Shown piece by piece: positions 39,421 through 53,699 of a stretch of DNA of 64,000 bases (position 1 is its first letter; each line of letters begins with the position of its first letter). The notes under the pieces are model-generated. The model had not been told where the DNA came from, did no database searches, and saw only the letters and a list, made by a program, of their open reading frames with translations. A program made the position numbers and the translations under genes. Source of the stretch: Cycas panzhihuaensis (Eukaryota > Plantae > Cycadophyta); the NCBI GenBank assembly GCA_023213395.1, contig CM041465.1, positions 233,437,741 through 233,501,740 on the forward strand. The letters are read 5' to 3'.

Positions 39421-41865
39421 TGTGCCTCTCTAAGCAATTTATTTTGGCCAACATGAATATTGTTATCATTTTCACTCATATTATACCTTATTTTTCATTT
39501 TCACTTTAAATTTGAATGCAATTGATTATTATATATAGTCCATTAGGTAGATTTCATTAAGTGCATATGAAATGAGTGGTTGTGGGCTGAAAGCATACAC
39601 CATATGAGGAAATGTTACCCACATTAAGTTTTCATCTTCTTCCATTGGCTAGTTTTATAGCTCTTGAGGATAACTCCACCATTAAAATCCCATAAAAATA
39701 GTGTGATTCTTATATGTTTGGCTTTAAAATTAACTTAAAGATAAGTTCAGATATTTATTCTGTTTATTCCATTGTAAATATCCTTCATAATCTTCTTTTT
39801 TGGTTCAAGAGTTTCACTTGTTTGCTTATGCTCAAATATGGCCCTTCACATAATCCCTACTTGCTTATGCTTAAGTAAGGCATCATCACAAGCTAATTAA
39901 TCATTATTTATAATTTAACATTGTCTTCCAATAGTGGTTTGATCATTTCACTCTCTTATAATTATTTGTTAGCTTAATTACTTATGTGTTATATTATTTT
40001 ATTTTCTTCTTGCATTGATTAATCATTATAGATGATCTATTAAGTGACTATTAACCACACTCACACATGCCTTATCTCTATCTTGAAGCAACCACTACTT
40101 CATCCTTTTATAAGTTTTCTTTGATATTCCTTACATTAGCAATTATTGGGTATGTGACAGTATTTTCCTTTGTAATATTATTTTGTGAGAAGAAGATCTA
40201 GGAAGGAGTCTTACATGTATACACATATCAATAAGGACTTATTATCATGCAATAAACTAGGTAAGAGCCACTTACATACCTCCTTTAATTATATTGCAAA
40301 AGAAAGAAATATTTATGTTGCAAGAAAAGAACATTTTTTTATTGAAAGTTACTATATACTTTCACCACACATAGGACATATGGTACTTGTAGTATGAGCT
40401 TTGCTTCTTTCTCCTTAGATGTATGTCAACTTTATGTATTATCTTAAGTAGAAAAAGCAAAACCCCCTCTATAGCAAATATTTTGGTAAACTTGGCATAA
40501 ATTGAACACATAAATATTGCCCTCAACAGCTCTCTTTTCTATGTTTTCTTATATTTCTTAGTGGTGGGTATGCTTCAAACTTGAATCCATTCTCTAATCT
40601 AAGATTATAACCCTAAGTTTACCTTTTTTTTAGCCCATAACATCATAAAAACTCATTGTAGGTTTGACCACTTAATCGATGCTCATTTGATTTTAAATTA
40701 TGTATTTCTTCATATTGATCAACCAAATCTTTTGTTTTTGCTTTTTTTTGGGGGGGGGGGGGTTACTATTATGATTTCAGTTCTGCACTCAGATCTAAGA
40801 TTGCAACTTTGGATCTATATTTCATTATTTAAAACTTTTCCAAAACTCATTGTTTAAATCAATGCACTCTCTTCCCAAGTAAAATTACATTAAAACCCAT
40901 TGATTTTCATGTTTTTAAAAACTTGGATATGTAGATTTATTGATTACAAGTTTTTTTACTATCAATCCATTATTTCCCCACTCAAAATCTCACAAATAAA
41001 CATAATCAAACACTCACAGTTGCTAGTTAGTGCTCAAACCTACTTAAAAAGAAAAAAGAAAAAAGAAAATAAAATAAAATTTTATAAAGGTTTGATCATA
41101 TTGAACCAAATTGCATAATATTATGTGTTTATCTATAAGCACCCAATTTCTTAGTCCTTGGTCATGTGTGCTTAAGTCATGTGACCATGACCAAAACAAA
41201 AAAAGATACTAATGCAAATTTTCACCTCAAACATAACTTTTAATGATACACTTTAACTAGTTTATACATAACTTTTGTATATGGTATAGAATTTGATTAT
41301 GTCTAAATTGTCAAAAACTAGACTCAGTCACCTTTGAAATAAATTATCACAAAGATGATTTTAACATTGGGAAGAACAACTAATTCCATAATGAAGATTA
41401 GAATCAATTTCACTGTGATTCCTCTCACTATGGTAATCATATTAGGAGTTCATCTTTTAGTCTCTCTTTGGGATGAATACTCTTTTGTTTCCTTTGCCTT
41501 TGAGTTTTACTTTCTCTTAATCTCTCTATTTATATTCATTTAACATAACCAAGCTTCTATTTTATAGTGTGATTCTCGTAAACAATTCCTCCCGAAACCC
41601 CTTCCATAGGTAGATTTGATCCTCCCATTAATAAAATTATTATAGAAGATATTCTTAAGGAAAACACACACTTTGTTCTCCTACCTTATCTTTGCTAAAA
41701 GCTTAAGTTAGTTCACTCTTTCATTAGCCTCTCTCATAGTCTATGCTTATAATAGATAATGACCTATATGATCCTTAGACCTCTACTTATGAGTCATATT
41801 TTATCTCCTCTACACAAGTTATTAGCTCTCCCCCTATCACATAATCATTAAGAACTACTTCACCC

Positions 41866-41929
<64 letters not shown>

Positions 41930-44900
41930 CAACCATTGATACATCCTTTACCTCTCTTATAAAATATTCATAACCCACTCATAGGTCTCTTATAATTATC
42001 TTTAACCTCCTATAATTGGGCTTTTGTCACTCCCATAGTATAAGCTTTGGAAAGAGCACTCCAAATTCTACTAAGCTTAGTTGGCCTTATTCATATTGCT
42101 TCCTCATAACAAAACTCAGTAGTCAATTTTATTGTTTATTTCTAGATATTAATATCAATATTTGGTATTTTAGAGACTCAAGCAAAATAAGTAATGCATT
42201 TTGTATATAAGTCAATGCCCCTCTAAGAAATTTATTTCAGTTAATATGAATATTTTATCATTTTCACTAGCATTATGCCTTCTTTTGCATTTTTCACTTT
42301 GAATTCAAATGTAATTGATTATTCTGCATAGTCCATTATGTAGATTTTATTAAGTACATATGAAATGAGTGGTCATGGGCTAAAAACATACACTGTATGA
42401 GGAAATGTTACCTACATTAAGTTTTCATCTTCTCTAATTAGCTAGGTTTATGGCTCTTAAGGCTAATTTCACCATTAAAAGCCCTTAAAAAAATGTGATT
42501 CTTACCTATTAGGCTTTAAAACTAACTTAAAGATAAGTTTAGAGATTTATTCTCCTTACATCCTCCTTATTCCATTATAAATATCCCTCATAATCTTCTT
42601 TTTGATTCAAGAGTTTCACTTATTTGCCTATGTGTAAATAAGGCCCTTCACATATTCCCTACTTTCTTATGCTTAAGTAAAGTATCATCATAAGCTAGTT
42701 GATGATCATTTATAGATTTGGCATTGTCTTCTAGTAGTGGTTTGATCATTTTGCTCTCTCATAATTATTTATTATCCTAATTGTTTATCTCTCATATTAT
42801 TTCATTTTCTTTCTTCTTTTCTTCTTGCATTGATTTGTCATCGTAGATGATCTATTAAGTGATTGTTATCCACACTCACACATGCCTTATCTCTATCTTG
42901 AAGCAACCCCTACTTCATCCTGTTATAAATTTTCTTTAAGATTTCTTACATTAGCAATTATTAGGTATGTAGTAGTATTTTCCTTTATGATATTATTTTG
43001 CAAGAAGAAGATTTGGGAAGGAGTCTTACATGTATACACATATCAATAAGGACTCATTATCATGCAATAAACTAGGTAAGAGCCAGTTACATGCCTCCTT
43101 TAATTATTTTACAAAAGAATGAAATATTTATATTACAAGTAAATAACATTTTTTTATTGAAAGTTATTGTACACTTTCACCACACATACGACATATGATA
43201 CTTATAGTGTACCTTGACTCTAGGTATTACCTTAAGTAGAAAAAGTAAAACCCCCTCTACCAGTAAATATTTTGGTGAACTTGGCATAAATTAAACACAT
43301 AAATATTGCCCTCAATGGCTCTCTTTTTAATGTTTTCTTATATTTCTTAGGGGTTAATATGCTATAAACTTGAATGTAATCTTTGATCTAAGATCGTAAC
43401 CCTAAGTTTATCATTTTTTATCCCATAACATCATAACAACGCGCTATAGGTTTGATCACTTAATTAGTCCTTGTTTGATTTCAAATGATATATTTCTTCA
43501 TATTGATCAATAAAATCTCTAGTCTTTACTTTTTCTAGGGGTTTCTTGATGTTATGATCTCAATTCTAGTCTTAGATTTGAGATTACAACCTCAAATCTA
43601 TAGTTCATTATCTAAAATTTTTCCAAACTAGTCATTTAAACCCATGCACTCTCTTCCCAAGTAAAATTATATTAAAACCCATTGATTTTCATGTTTTTTA
43701 AAATTTGGATCTATAGATTTATTGACTACAAATTTTTTACTATTGATCCATTATTTCCCCACTTGAAATCTCACAAACAAACATAATCAAACACTTGCAA
43801 TTGCTAGTGAGCTCTCAAACCTATTAAAAAAAAAAAAATTGGGGAGGTAAAAGAAAAATTAAAATTTTATAAATGTTTGGTTACGTTAAACCAAATTATA
43901 TAATATTATGGGTTTAGCCATAACCACCCAATTACTTAGTCATTGGTCATATGCTCAAATCATGTGACTGTGACCAAAATATAAAGAAGGCACTAATTCA
44001 AAATTTCACCTCAAATTTAACTTTTAATGATACACTTTCATTATTTTACACATAACTTTTGCATATAGTGTAAGAATTTGATTATGTATAAATTGTTAAA
44101 AACTAGACTCAGTCACCTTTGAAATAAATGACCACAAAGGCAATTTTAGCATTGGGAAAAATAATCAATTCCATAATGAAGATTGTGATCAATTTCACTG
44201 TGATTCCTCTCACTATGGTAATCATATTAGGAGTTCATCTTTTAGTCTCTCTTTGGGATGAATACTCTTTTGTTTCCTTTGCCTTTGAGTTTTACTTTCT
44301 CTTAATATCTCTATTTATATTCATTTTACATAATCGAGCTTCTATTTTATAGTGCAATTCTTGTAAAAAATTCCTCCTGAAACCCATTCTATAGATAGCT
44401 TTGATCCTCCTACTAATAAAGTTATTATAGAAGATATTCTTAAGGAAAAACACACACTTCCTTTTCCTACCTCATCTTTGTTAAAAGCTTAAATTAGTTC
44501 ACTCTCTCATTAGCCTCTCTCATAGTCTATGCATACAATAGATGAGGACCTATATGATCCTTAGACCTCTACTGATGAGTCATCTTTTATCTTCTCTACA
44601 CAAGTTATTAGCTCTCCCCCTCTCACATAATCATTGAGAACTACTTTGCCTAGTGCTCTCTCTCTCTCTCTCATGCAACTATTGATACATCCTCTACCTC
44701 TCTTATAAAATACTCAGAACCCACTCATAGATTTCTCATAATCATCTTCAACTTCTTTTAATTGGGCTTTTGTCACTCTTATAGTACAAGCTTTAGAAAG
44801 AGCACCCCCAATTCTACTAAGCTTAATTGCCCCTATTCTTATTTTTCCTCATAATAAAACTCAATACTCAATCTTGATATATTTTTTAAGATGCTAATGT

Positions 44901-47450
44901 TAATATCAGCTAATATAGATGTACTACATAGATATTAACATCGATATTTACTATTTTAGAGGCTTAAGAAAAATAAGCAATGTATTAACTTATTTGGTTC
45001 TTCCACTCAAGTTGCCCTATCGTATAATGTTAGCTTACCAAATCCCATAAAGGCATCAAACCCCCTAAGGGCATCTGCCATCCAACCCCTTTTCATGGGA
45101 ATGGTGGTTCACAACTTTATCGAATCCCTTGATTATGGCATAAAAATAGTCTTACTTCCACACCCACACTCAACCAATGTTCAAACCCTCTTATGCAAGC
45201 TGTTCAACCCAGTTGGCCCAATATAAGTATTTTACAACCTACTCATGCTTACTAATTCTCTCCATAACAATACCATGTTGGTCTTGGTCAATCTTTGGAA
45301 CCTATTACATAAGGTATTCAACAAGCTAAGTTCACTCTATATAAAGGAAATCTTTAATTTTCCACCATTAGAGTACACACTCTACATAGCTTACTCTCTA
45401 ATGAGTATAAACTATGGACAGCTCAGTAATAAGGATAAACTATGGCTTCAAAAGTTTAAACTACTAAAGAGCATAAAGTATGGTAAGTAACCTATACTAT
45501 CTCATGTACATATAAACAACAAAAAAAACTCACATATTTTAAAACAAACATTTTAGTAACCATATGGTAATCCAACTCATAAAATAATTTATATACAAGT
45601 TTATATGAATTTATACTCCTTTGAGTTAACTATCACTTGGGTTTAACACAAGTCAATGCTCCTCTAAGCAATTTACCACACATGTTCTACCATGAGTATA
45701 AACTAAGCACATATACTCTCATTTTTGTATCATTTGTCCCCTCATATTCATGCATTAGTTTGGCACTCCTCACTCTCACTGCACTTACTAGTGTGATCTC
45801 TCATGATCCTTATAGCGTAGGATCACCTAGATTACTTAGTCATACATTAGTATCCATTTACATGCACTTCCTTATATCAATCCCCCTAATTGAAGTTAGG
45901 AATCATCATCTAATTAGCACACTCCTGGTATCCCCATGGTTTGGCTTAATAAGGTAGTTATCTAGGGTATCATTAGGCTCATATTCTATTAAATATGCAC
46001 AAAACTAGTATACTCATAAGAATAAACATCCTTCATATGGATTGATTTCTCTTCATTCACACTTGAAGGTAACATTCATTTCACACTCTCACAATAAACT
46101 CATTAAGGGGTTTAATAGTAACTAGTTTTTAAGCATCATTCATCATTTATTAAACTATAGACTTGAGTTATCATATATATAAATTATCATAAAAGATTTG
46201 ATATATTTTTAACAAAAGGATTACAAGATTTGACTTTAAAAAAAGAGAAGAAGAAAAAGGACCTCTCTCACATCTGTCAACATGTTAATGGGTTCAATGA
46301 TGACTAGCTTATAAGCCTTATATTGTCATTCATTAAATTGTCAACATGAGTTTTTTTATCATTTTTCATGTGGGTTAAACATGAATTAGTGCCTCTCTAA
46401 GCAATTCATTTTAATCAACGTGAATTTTTTTTATCAATTTTCACCTACATTGTACCCTCTTTTGCATTTTTTACCTTGAATTCAAATGCAATTATTTGCT
46501 CTACATAGTTTATTATGTAGTTCTCCTCAAGTGCATATGAAATGATTGGTCATGGATTGAAAATAGATATTATATAAGGAAGTTATACATATAATAAATT
46601 TCCATCTTCTCCCATTGGCTAGTTTTGTGCCTCTTGATGCTAGCTTCACTATTTAAAGCCTTAAAAATAACACAATTCTTGCTTATTAGTCTTTTAAATT
46701 GATAGACAAATTTTGAGATTTATTCTCCTTACACCCTTCTTATTCCATTATAAATATCCCTTATAATTTTCTCATTTGGATCAAGAGTTTCAATTGTTTG
46801 TCTATGTTCAAGTGAGGCCTTCCACATATTTCTTACTTGCTTATGCTCAAGTAAGGTACCCTCATAAGCCAGTTGATTGTCATTTGCAATTTTAATATTT
46901 CTTCTAGTAGTGGTTTGATCACTTTATTCTCTCCTCATTATTTGTTGGTTTTATTAGTTCTCTCTCATATTATTTTTTCTTTCTTATCTTCTTGGATTGA
47001 TTTGTTACCTTGGATGATCTATTAAGTAGTTGTTAATTGCATTGATATGTCTTATCCCTATCATGAGGCAACCCATGCTTCATCCTCTTATAAGTTTTCT
47101 TTGAGATTTTGTATGCTAATAATTAATAGGTATCCATAATTATTTTCTTTTGTGATATTCTTTTGCAAAAAGAAGATGTAGGAAGGAGTCTTACATACAT
47201 GCATGTATCAACAAGGACTCATCATCATGTAATGAACGAAATAAGAACCGTTTACGTGCCTCCTTTAATTATTTTAGCAAAAGAAAGAAACGTTTGTATT
47301 ATGAGCAAAGAATATATCCTTATCGAAAGTTACTGCACACCTTTACCACATATAAGATGTACAATACTTGTAGCATGAGCTTTGCTTCTTTTTTCTCAGA
47401 TGTACCTTGACTTTAGATATTATCCTAGGTAAAAAAAGTAAAACCCCCTC
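39421..47450. repeat. Unclassified ~2.8-kb units: 39421-42214, 42215-44990 and partial 46390-47450
   Basis: Each starts gtgcctctctaagcaatt-like and is colinear, about 80-87% identical by eye. The block interrupts element A integrase (~38860/47460). Confidence 0.88.
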
Positions 47451-47459
47451 TATATATAA

Positions 47460-48310
47460 ATGGGCTTCCAACCAAAATCAGCCTTGAAATATGCAATATG
47501 TAAATGTGTAGCTAAGAATGAAGGAGATGCATAACAATGAGTATTAAGGCTTATCAGGCATATAAGATAGGTATAAGCCCAAGTGTAGGAAATTCTATTG
47601 AAGAATTAGCAGAAGTATAAAATAAGGCATGGCATGCATCTAAGAGATTATGACTTCCAAGTAAGAGATCGAGTGTGGCTCCATCTTCCATAAGAACAAT
47701 TCATATATCAATATTTGAAGATAAGACCCATTTGATATTGATGCTTTATAATTAAAGATTGGGTTGGGAAGAATGCATTCAATCTCAACTTGCCTCCCTA
47801 TATGGGAATCCACCTCTTAGTATTTGATATTGATAAGTTGAAGTTGTATGAGTTATTTATCTTAGATGATAAGGAAGATAAGATTGTTACACCTCTATTG
47901 GAATGGCTAATTCCAAATGATAAATAAGTCTTAGACCATGATAGTATACTATAGTTAAGAAAAGAGTGGCCATGGTGGGACCTTTGATACTCATAAAGAT
48001 TGATAAGAACATCCAAATACCTTAAGCTAGAAAGTGGTTCACTAAGAAACAAATCAAGAAGGACTCTCCTAAACTTTATAAGTGAATGATGAGGGCCATC
48101 ATTTAGTGAGAGAGGAGGTATAACTTGGATTCAGGCATATTATAATAATAGAACATATATTATTTGGTAGCATATTCCCAAACACAACCAAAGATGTTTG
48201 TTTATGGCAAGTTTTCAAAAGATAAAGTCCTAAAGATAATGCTTTTGGTTGGGATTCCAAGGGGCAATATGACCTAGGTCAACATCCTCCATTCCTAAAC
48301 TGGGGGTGGG
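47460..48310 (+). pseudogene. Element A integrase C-terminus and PPT
   Basis: GKNAFNLNLPPYMGIHLLVFDIDKLKLYE (~47770-47850); PPT gggggtggg at 48302-48310. Confidence 0.7.
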
Positions 48311-49119
48311 TGTAATTATTTAGCTAATTCAATAAAATTTTAATAAATAGCAAGGCTTACTTTGAAGAATCAAGCAAGAAGGTAGCTTAACATGAAGGAA
48401 GAAAACTTAATGCCAAACACATCATAACTTAAGTAAGAATGGGCACTATTAGTTGTTATGGCTACTATCATAACTAATGATAATGATTAACCTTACTACT
48501 AGTGACTATAATAGATATTGTAACCAACAAAAGTGACTAGACTTGTAATTAGTAACTATGATTAGCTTTGTAACCATAATTAGCCTATAATAGAGGTTAG
48601 CCCTGCCATTATGGCTAAGAATGTAAATTCCCTAAACTCGCAAATTATTAGCAATATGAGATTAAACACATGATAGATAGCAAATAAAGCAACCATTATG
48701 AAAGCAAAAAATGCTTATATGTATTATTTTCAATAATTAATATCTTAAGCAATTACAAATGACTAGTGTTTTTGCTTTTCACATAAATAGGTACTTGAAG
48801 AGAAGGGATGATAAAAACCCTAAAGGGACTTAGAGAAGGCTTCCTCTTTTTCTTGGCATAAGGTTTTGATTAGAACAAAGACTTAGAAAAAGTGCTCATA
48901 ATAACTCATAATTGTAAATTATGATGTATGGTTTCTAGAGTAGTTGTTAATGAAAGTACTATATTCAATTTCTTAGTTATTCCTTGTTTTCACATTATGT
49001 ATAGTTTGCATGCAATTTCGTAGCATGTCTATGCTATGCACAATCTAGGCATTAGATCATTGATTTAAATTTGAACAAATTTAGCATTAGAGTTTCTTTG
49101 AGATCGTATCCACCTACGT

Positions 49120-49120
<1 letters not shown>
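48311..49120 (+). repeat. 3' LTR of element A (or of a family member)
   Basis: Starts TGTAAT right after the PPT; homologous to 315-1080. Confidence 0.65.
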
Positions 49121-49430
<310 letters not shown>

Positions 49431-50656
49431 GCACAACCAACTTTCTTTTTTCATTAGGTTTTTAAGATCTGAGTACTCTATGTAAGCTACAAGAGGCCTT
49501 TGATGTGTTTATAAAGTGGAAGAAAACTTGCATATTACAAGTGGCAAGCATGTGATCCATACATTTCAATCAATATATCTACTAGTATTTACTTGTAATT
49601 ACACATGAATATATGATTCATTTATATGTAAGCAAGTACGTTAAGGACCACTCCAACATAACACATTATAATAAATCATTATAGTGTATGATGTTTATCA
49701 CCACTAGCACTAATATCATGCACTATTATTAGCATGTACGTTAATATTAGAGTATAAAGAAAATGGTCCCAACTCATCTCATGTTGAATACAATTAGGTG
49801 CGATCAATGTTCATTTCAATTGACTTTATATTAGTTAATTCGTATGTGGCACATGGCAAAGGGCTATAAAATCATTACAGGCTTGCTTATTTTATAAGGG
49901 GATATTTCTTTGTAAAGAATAAACAAGTAAATTATCTGTGTTATATTTAATGACACGTATACATACAACATGATGGTAAAAGATGAGTAGGAAATGTAGT
50001 TAATGTAGATGAGTACGAAGAAGTTAGAATCACAATATAACATTGAATAAGCAAGTGCAAGTTTAAATTGCTATATGGTATATATAATGTTGAATATGCA
50101 TACACTTTTATGTTATCCTAAACGACATGAAATGAAATACAGACACACAACAAAAGTGCTCCTTACACGTATGCACATTGGATAATCACATGCCTTTAGC
50201 ATAGTTAGCCATTTTTCAAAGCCCTATCTTATTTTTAATACATCAAATAGCTGTAAATCAAAGAAAAAATAAGCATAATTTTTATCAAAATTTTATAGAA
50301 TCTAACACCATCAGTAAAGAAAATTCTCACCGAATAAGTCGTTCATTTATGGCCCAATTTGTTCCAAACATCGAGAAAAAAAAGCATGAAATCACATCCA
50401 CCTTTTTTTTTTAAATTTTAGTACACCCAAGTGAGCTAAGTTTACTATTTGCCAACCCAGCCAAGATGAAGTGCAATGTGAACACCGTACACGACACCAT
50501 GGATGTGAGTGTCCATCCAGTGGGTGGCTCTTCTTTTCTCTTTTCCTTTTTCACTTTTGCTTTTTTCTTCTTTACGTAAACAAACAAAACAAATAAAATA
50601 GAAAAAAATAAAAAGTTGGAAACACGGCGAGACAGATTCGGGCACTTCCCTTGTTG

Positions 50657-50662
50657 TATATA
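50657..50662 (+). promoter_or_regulatory. Putative TATA box
   Basis: TATATA upstream of a CpG-retaining segment that ends in a strong donor AG|GTAAGC (50808/50809). Confidence 0.35.
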
Positions 50663-50689
50663 GTGGGAGGATAAGTGTATGATACAGGG

Positions 50690-52308
50690 ATGTTCTGAAT
50701 TCCTTTGCGTTTGCTGTTGCAATGCAGATCGCCTGATCATCTCCATCATCACATCTAGTCGAAGAAGAAGGTCGAAAGATCGAATACTTCTGCGGCATTT
50801 ATATTAAGGTAAGCCTTCATATTAAGTTTCAAATATAATTTTGTTCTGCATGAGCCAACGAGTATCAAGCAATTACAAAAAGGAACGCACTGCAACGACA
50901 TCCTCTATATTTTGTACGTTGATATAAGCCTTATTGTTACTGTGCAAGATATATGGCTGTGGGTGGCGTAGTCATTTGATCATCATGTCCTGATATGAGA
51001 CAGGTGTGAATGATTTTGATGGAATTCAATGCAACCCATTGATTTGCTTGACATACTACCTGGGGCCATCATCTCGTGTGTTTCTGACTTTATGTAATAC
51101 CGACCGACTGCTATGCCAATTTAGATTTCCTTCTCTGTGTTTTAAGATTTTGGAAAGGTAAATTCAAGTAATTTGGGATGTTGTTATATGAATTACCATA
51201 TGGGTTTGTGTCCTTGTGAGAAAACTACGCTAGTTACATGAACAAAATGGATGGCCATAAAATTTTCCATTGGCAATTGGGCAGCTTGCTGCCTAAAATG
51301 GTATTAGGAAGCTCTGCAGAGCCACCCTGCAACCGTTTGAGCCAGGTTGGCAGGATTAACAACCATCCGGCTGGCCCATACACAGGCCTAGCCTCAACAG
51401 ACCTTGCCCTGCTTCTTCCTAATTGGGGCTGCAGGGTCGTATTGTGCATCCACAAGGAACATGCTGTAAGCTTTGACGCATACCGCCACAGAAGGGCATT
51501 GTAGAATCTCTGATAAAGTATCTGCACTTGTTGCTGACTGAATCATTATTAAATTGTGACCAGAAGTGTTTGATTTACCGAGGAAGAGTTTGTTGGTTGT
51601 GTTAGATAGGATTGCTAGTACATTTCTTATGGAGTCGTGTGTGCAGTACTGCATGGGATGAGCAGGATTGGTTGCCCATGCTGGAAGGCATGCACTTGCT
51701 TAGTCTGTGTTAGAGACTAGCTTTAGCAGGTTATTGTCTCATGGCATAGCTGGGAGGTGGATGTATCTGTTTGGGAAAGTAGACCCGTTATCACCCGGAT
51801 TGATAAAATGATTGGATTTATGAGTAAATCTGTTTGAAGCTTAGTTGCATAGTTGTGGGTGGGTGTGAGGACATTGGATGGTAGTGCATTATAGTTGGTG
51901 CAGAATTCCCTAACTACCGGTGCACCAGCGAAACATGATTTCCTTGGAGAGCAGGAGGCTTCTGAAGATGCAGGTGCAGCAGCTGGTGGATAGAAGAATG
52001 CATGCAACTCTGGCTTGGAGTCTTGGCCTCAAGCAAAACCGAGCACAAAACAGTCTTTGGAAATGGCATGCAAATATACCAGAAATAACTGAGCTTAAAT
52101 TATATGATTCGCAAAATACTTAAAACATAGTTCAATTGTTTTTGTAGCTGGGGAATAATTTTGAAAAGGGCTAATTTTGAGATTGTCCATACAAGTGATG
52201 CAAAATCTGATATTTTGAGATTGAAGGTTTGATCTTTTTTCAGAGACCAGCTCTATGATGCTCATTGCGGCTAGATCATTTGGACTTTTGATTTGTGGGA
52301 ATGCAAAG
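50690..52308 (+). ncRNA. Candidate spliced transcript without a long ORF (lncRNA or long 5' leader)
   Basis: Non-repetitive island. Donors at 50809, 51158 and 52309; pyrimidine-rich acceptors at 51146, 52148 and 52243. Serial hairpins at 51277-51929. No recognisable protein in any frame. Confidence 0.4.
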
Positions 52309-52753
52309 GTATGAGGGATACAGAATTCTAAAGTCAGAAATTAAAATAATGATAAACTAACTACCTTAAAGATACAAAATCTTATGGTGTTTGAATTGAG
52401 GATATGATTATTCAAACTGCCTTCTTACATGTAATCAATCACAACAGAATCCCAACTTTTATAAACAACGTTCTTTCCACAGTAAAAGGAGTAAAATACC
52501 AAAGAAGCCAAAAACTGTTTGGGTTTAGGGTGTTGAGACACTCATTTTTGTTGTCTCTACGTTTAGTTACATATATTGATGGTTTTTGTTCATAACTTTT
52601 GTGGAGCACAATTGAATGCTTGGGATGTTTTCTGTGGCAGCAATTGTACAGAATGATAAAGCTTATGGAAGTAGTGAAACTTGATTGTGATATTTCTGAT
52701 GTTTGACAGAGTTCAAGGTTCTTTGATGTTTGATCTATTATGTGGGATGCAAC

Positions 52754-53097
52754 TGATCCCTGTGGTGGTGTGATTGTGTCCAAGATTAAGGTGGATCATT
52801 TCAGAAGTTCATTTAGTTAGGGATTGGAATGTGAAGCTCAAAAAATGACATTGGAGTTGTGCAGAATTTCTAGAGCAATAGATAGTTACTGTATTCATTC
52901 TTCAAAATATCACAACATCTACCAATTGATCGCTGTGGTGGTGCAATTGTGTGTAAGATAAAGGTGGATTATTTCAAGAGTTCATTTAGACAGGGATTGG
53001 AATGTGAAGCTCAAAAAGATGGCAAAGTTGTGCAAAATTTCTAGAATGATAGATAGTCATTGTATTCCTTCTTGAAAACATCAGTATATCTACTAAT
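52754..53097. repeat. Tandem duplication of a ~173-bp unit
   Basis: tgatc.ctgtggtggtg...agggattggaatgtgaagctcaaaaa...atctac.aat occurs twice. Confidence 0.9.
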
Positions 53098-53699
53098 CTA
53101 CCGTAAAGAACTCATTATGTGTATTTTGCCATCTAATAATAATAATTTATGCTAAGGTACTCTACATTTGGTGGCTATTTTGCCCACCAAAAATGCGATG
53201 GAAATGAATTTCAGTTTTGGAAAGAAAGTGTGTGAAGTAAACTTAAAAAAAGAAAAGAAAAGAAGGAAGCAAATATATAGTTTTTTAATAATACATGTGA
53301 AGCACCTTGAAATGAGCAAGAATTGTAGGAAATGGCCAAAAAAAGGCTAGCAATGAATTGTTTGCTAGGCAACAGTTATTTAATGTTTTCTTAGGTTGAA
53401 AAAATGATTCAATCGATAGTAATGCTTAAATGATGTAATAAAACATGTTTGCCACCTTATGCGGTAAAATGATATTTCTAAGGAATTAGATACATATCAT
53501 CGTGCATCATGTGTAAGCTCTATGTTTCCCTCAGTTTGTCAACTTATATCATTGTGCATCATGTGTAAGCTCTACGTTTCCCTCCTTCGCATGATCCAAC
53601 CTTTACATTGCCCTCCTCCTCGAGCATCTAGTTCTCAGCTGCACTCATCTGTGTGGACTATCCTTTAGGAGGAAAAGGACACCCATAGCCATCTTTTCC

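Noticed and set aside
41355-41543. Hydrophobic 62-74 aa ORF shared by two tandem units
   Set aside because: The shared peptide is explained by nucleotide identity including synonymous sites; starts and stops differ, and T-rich DNA yields hydrophobic ORFs by chance.
51005-51090. C/D snoRNA or U1-like sequence (atactacctgg; CTGA)
   Set aside because: No canonical RTGATGA C box, no recognisable guide and no further U1 similarity.
51651-51672. Possible miR482/2118 target site (gcatgggatgagcagg)
   Set aside because: The bases pairing with the miRNA 5' seed do not match, so it does not support a PHAS call.
51906-51916. ccctaac as a telomerase RNA template
   Set aside because: Only 7 nt, and no USE/TATA Pol III promoter or T-run terminator context.
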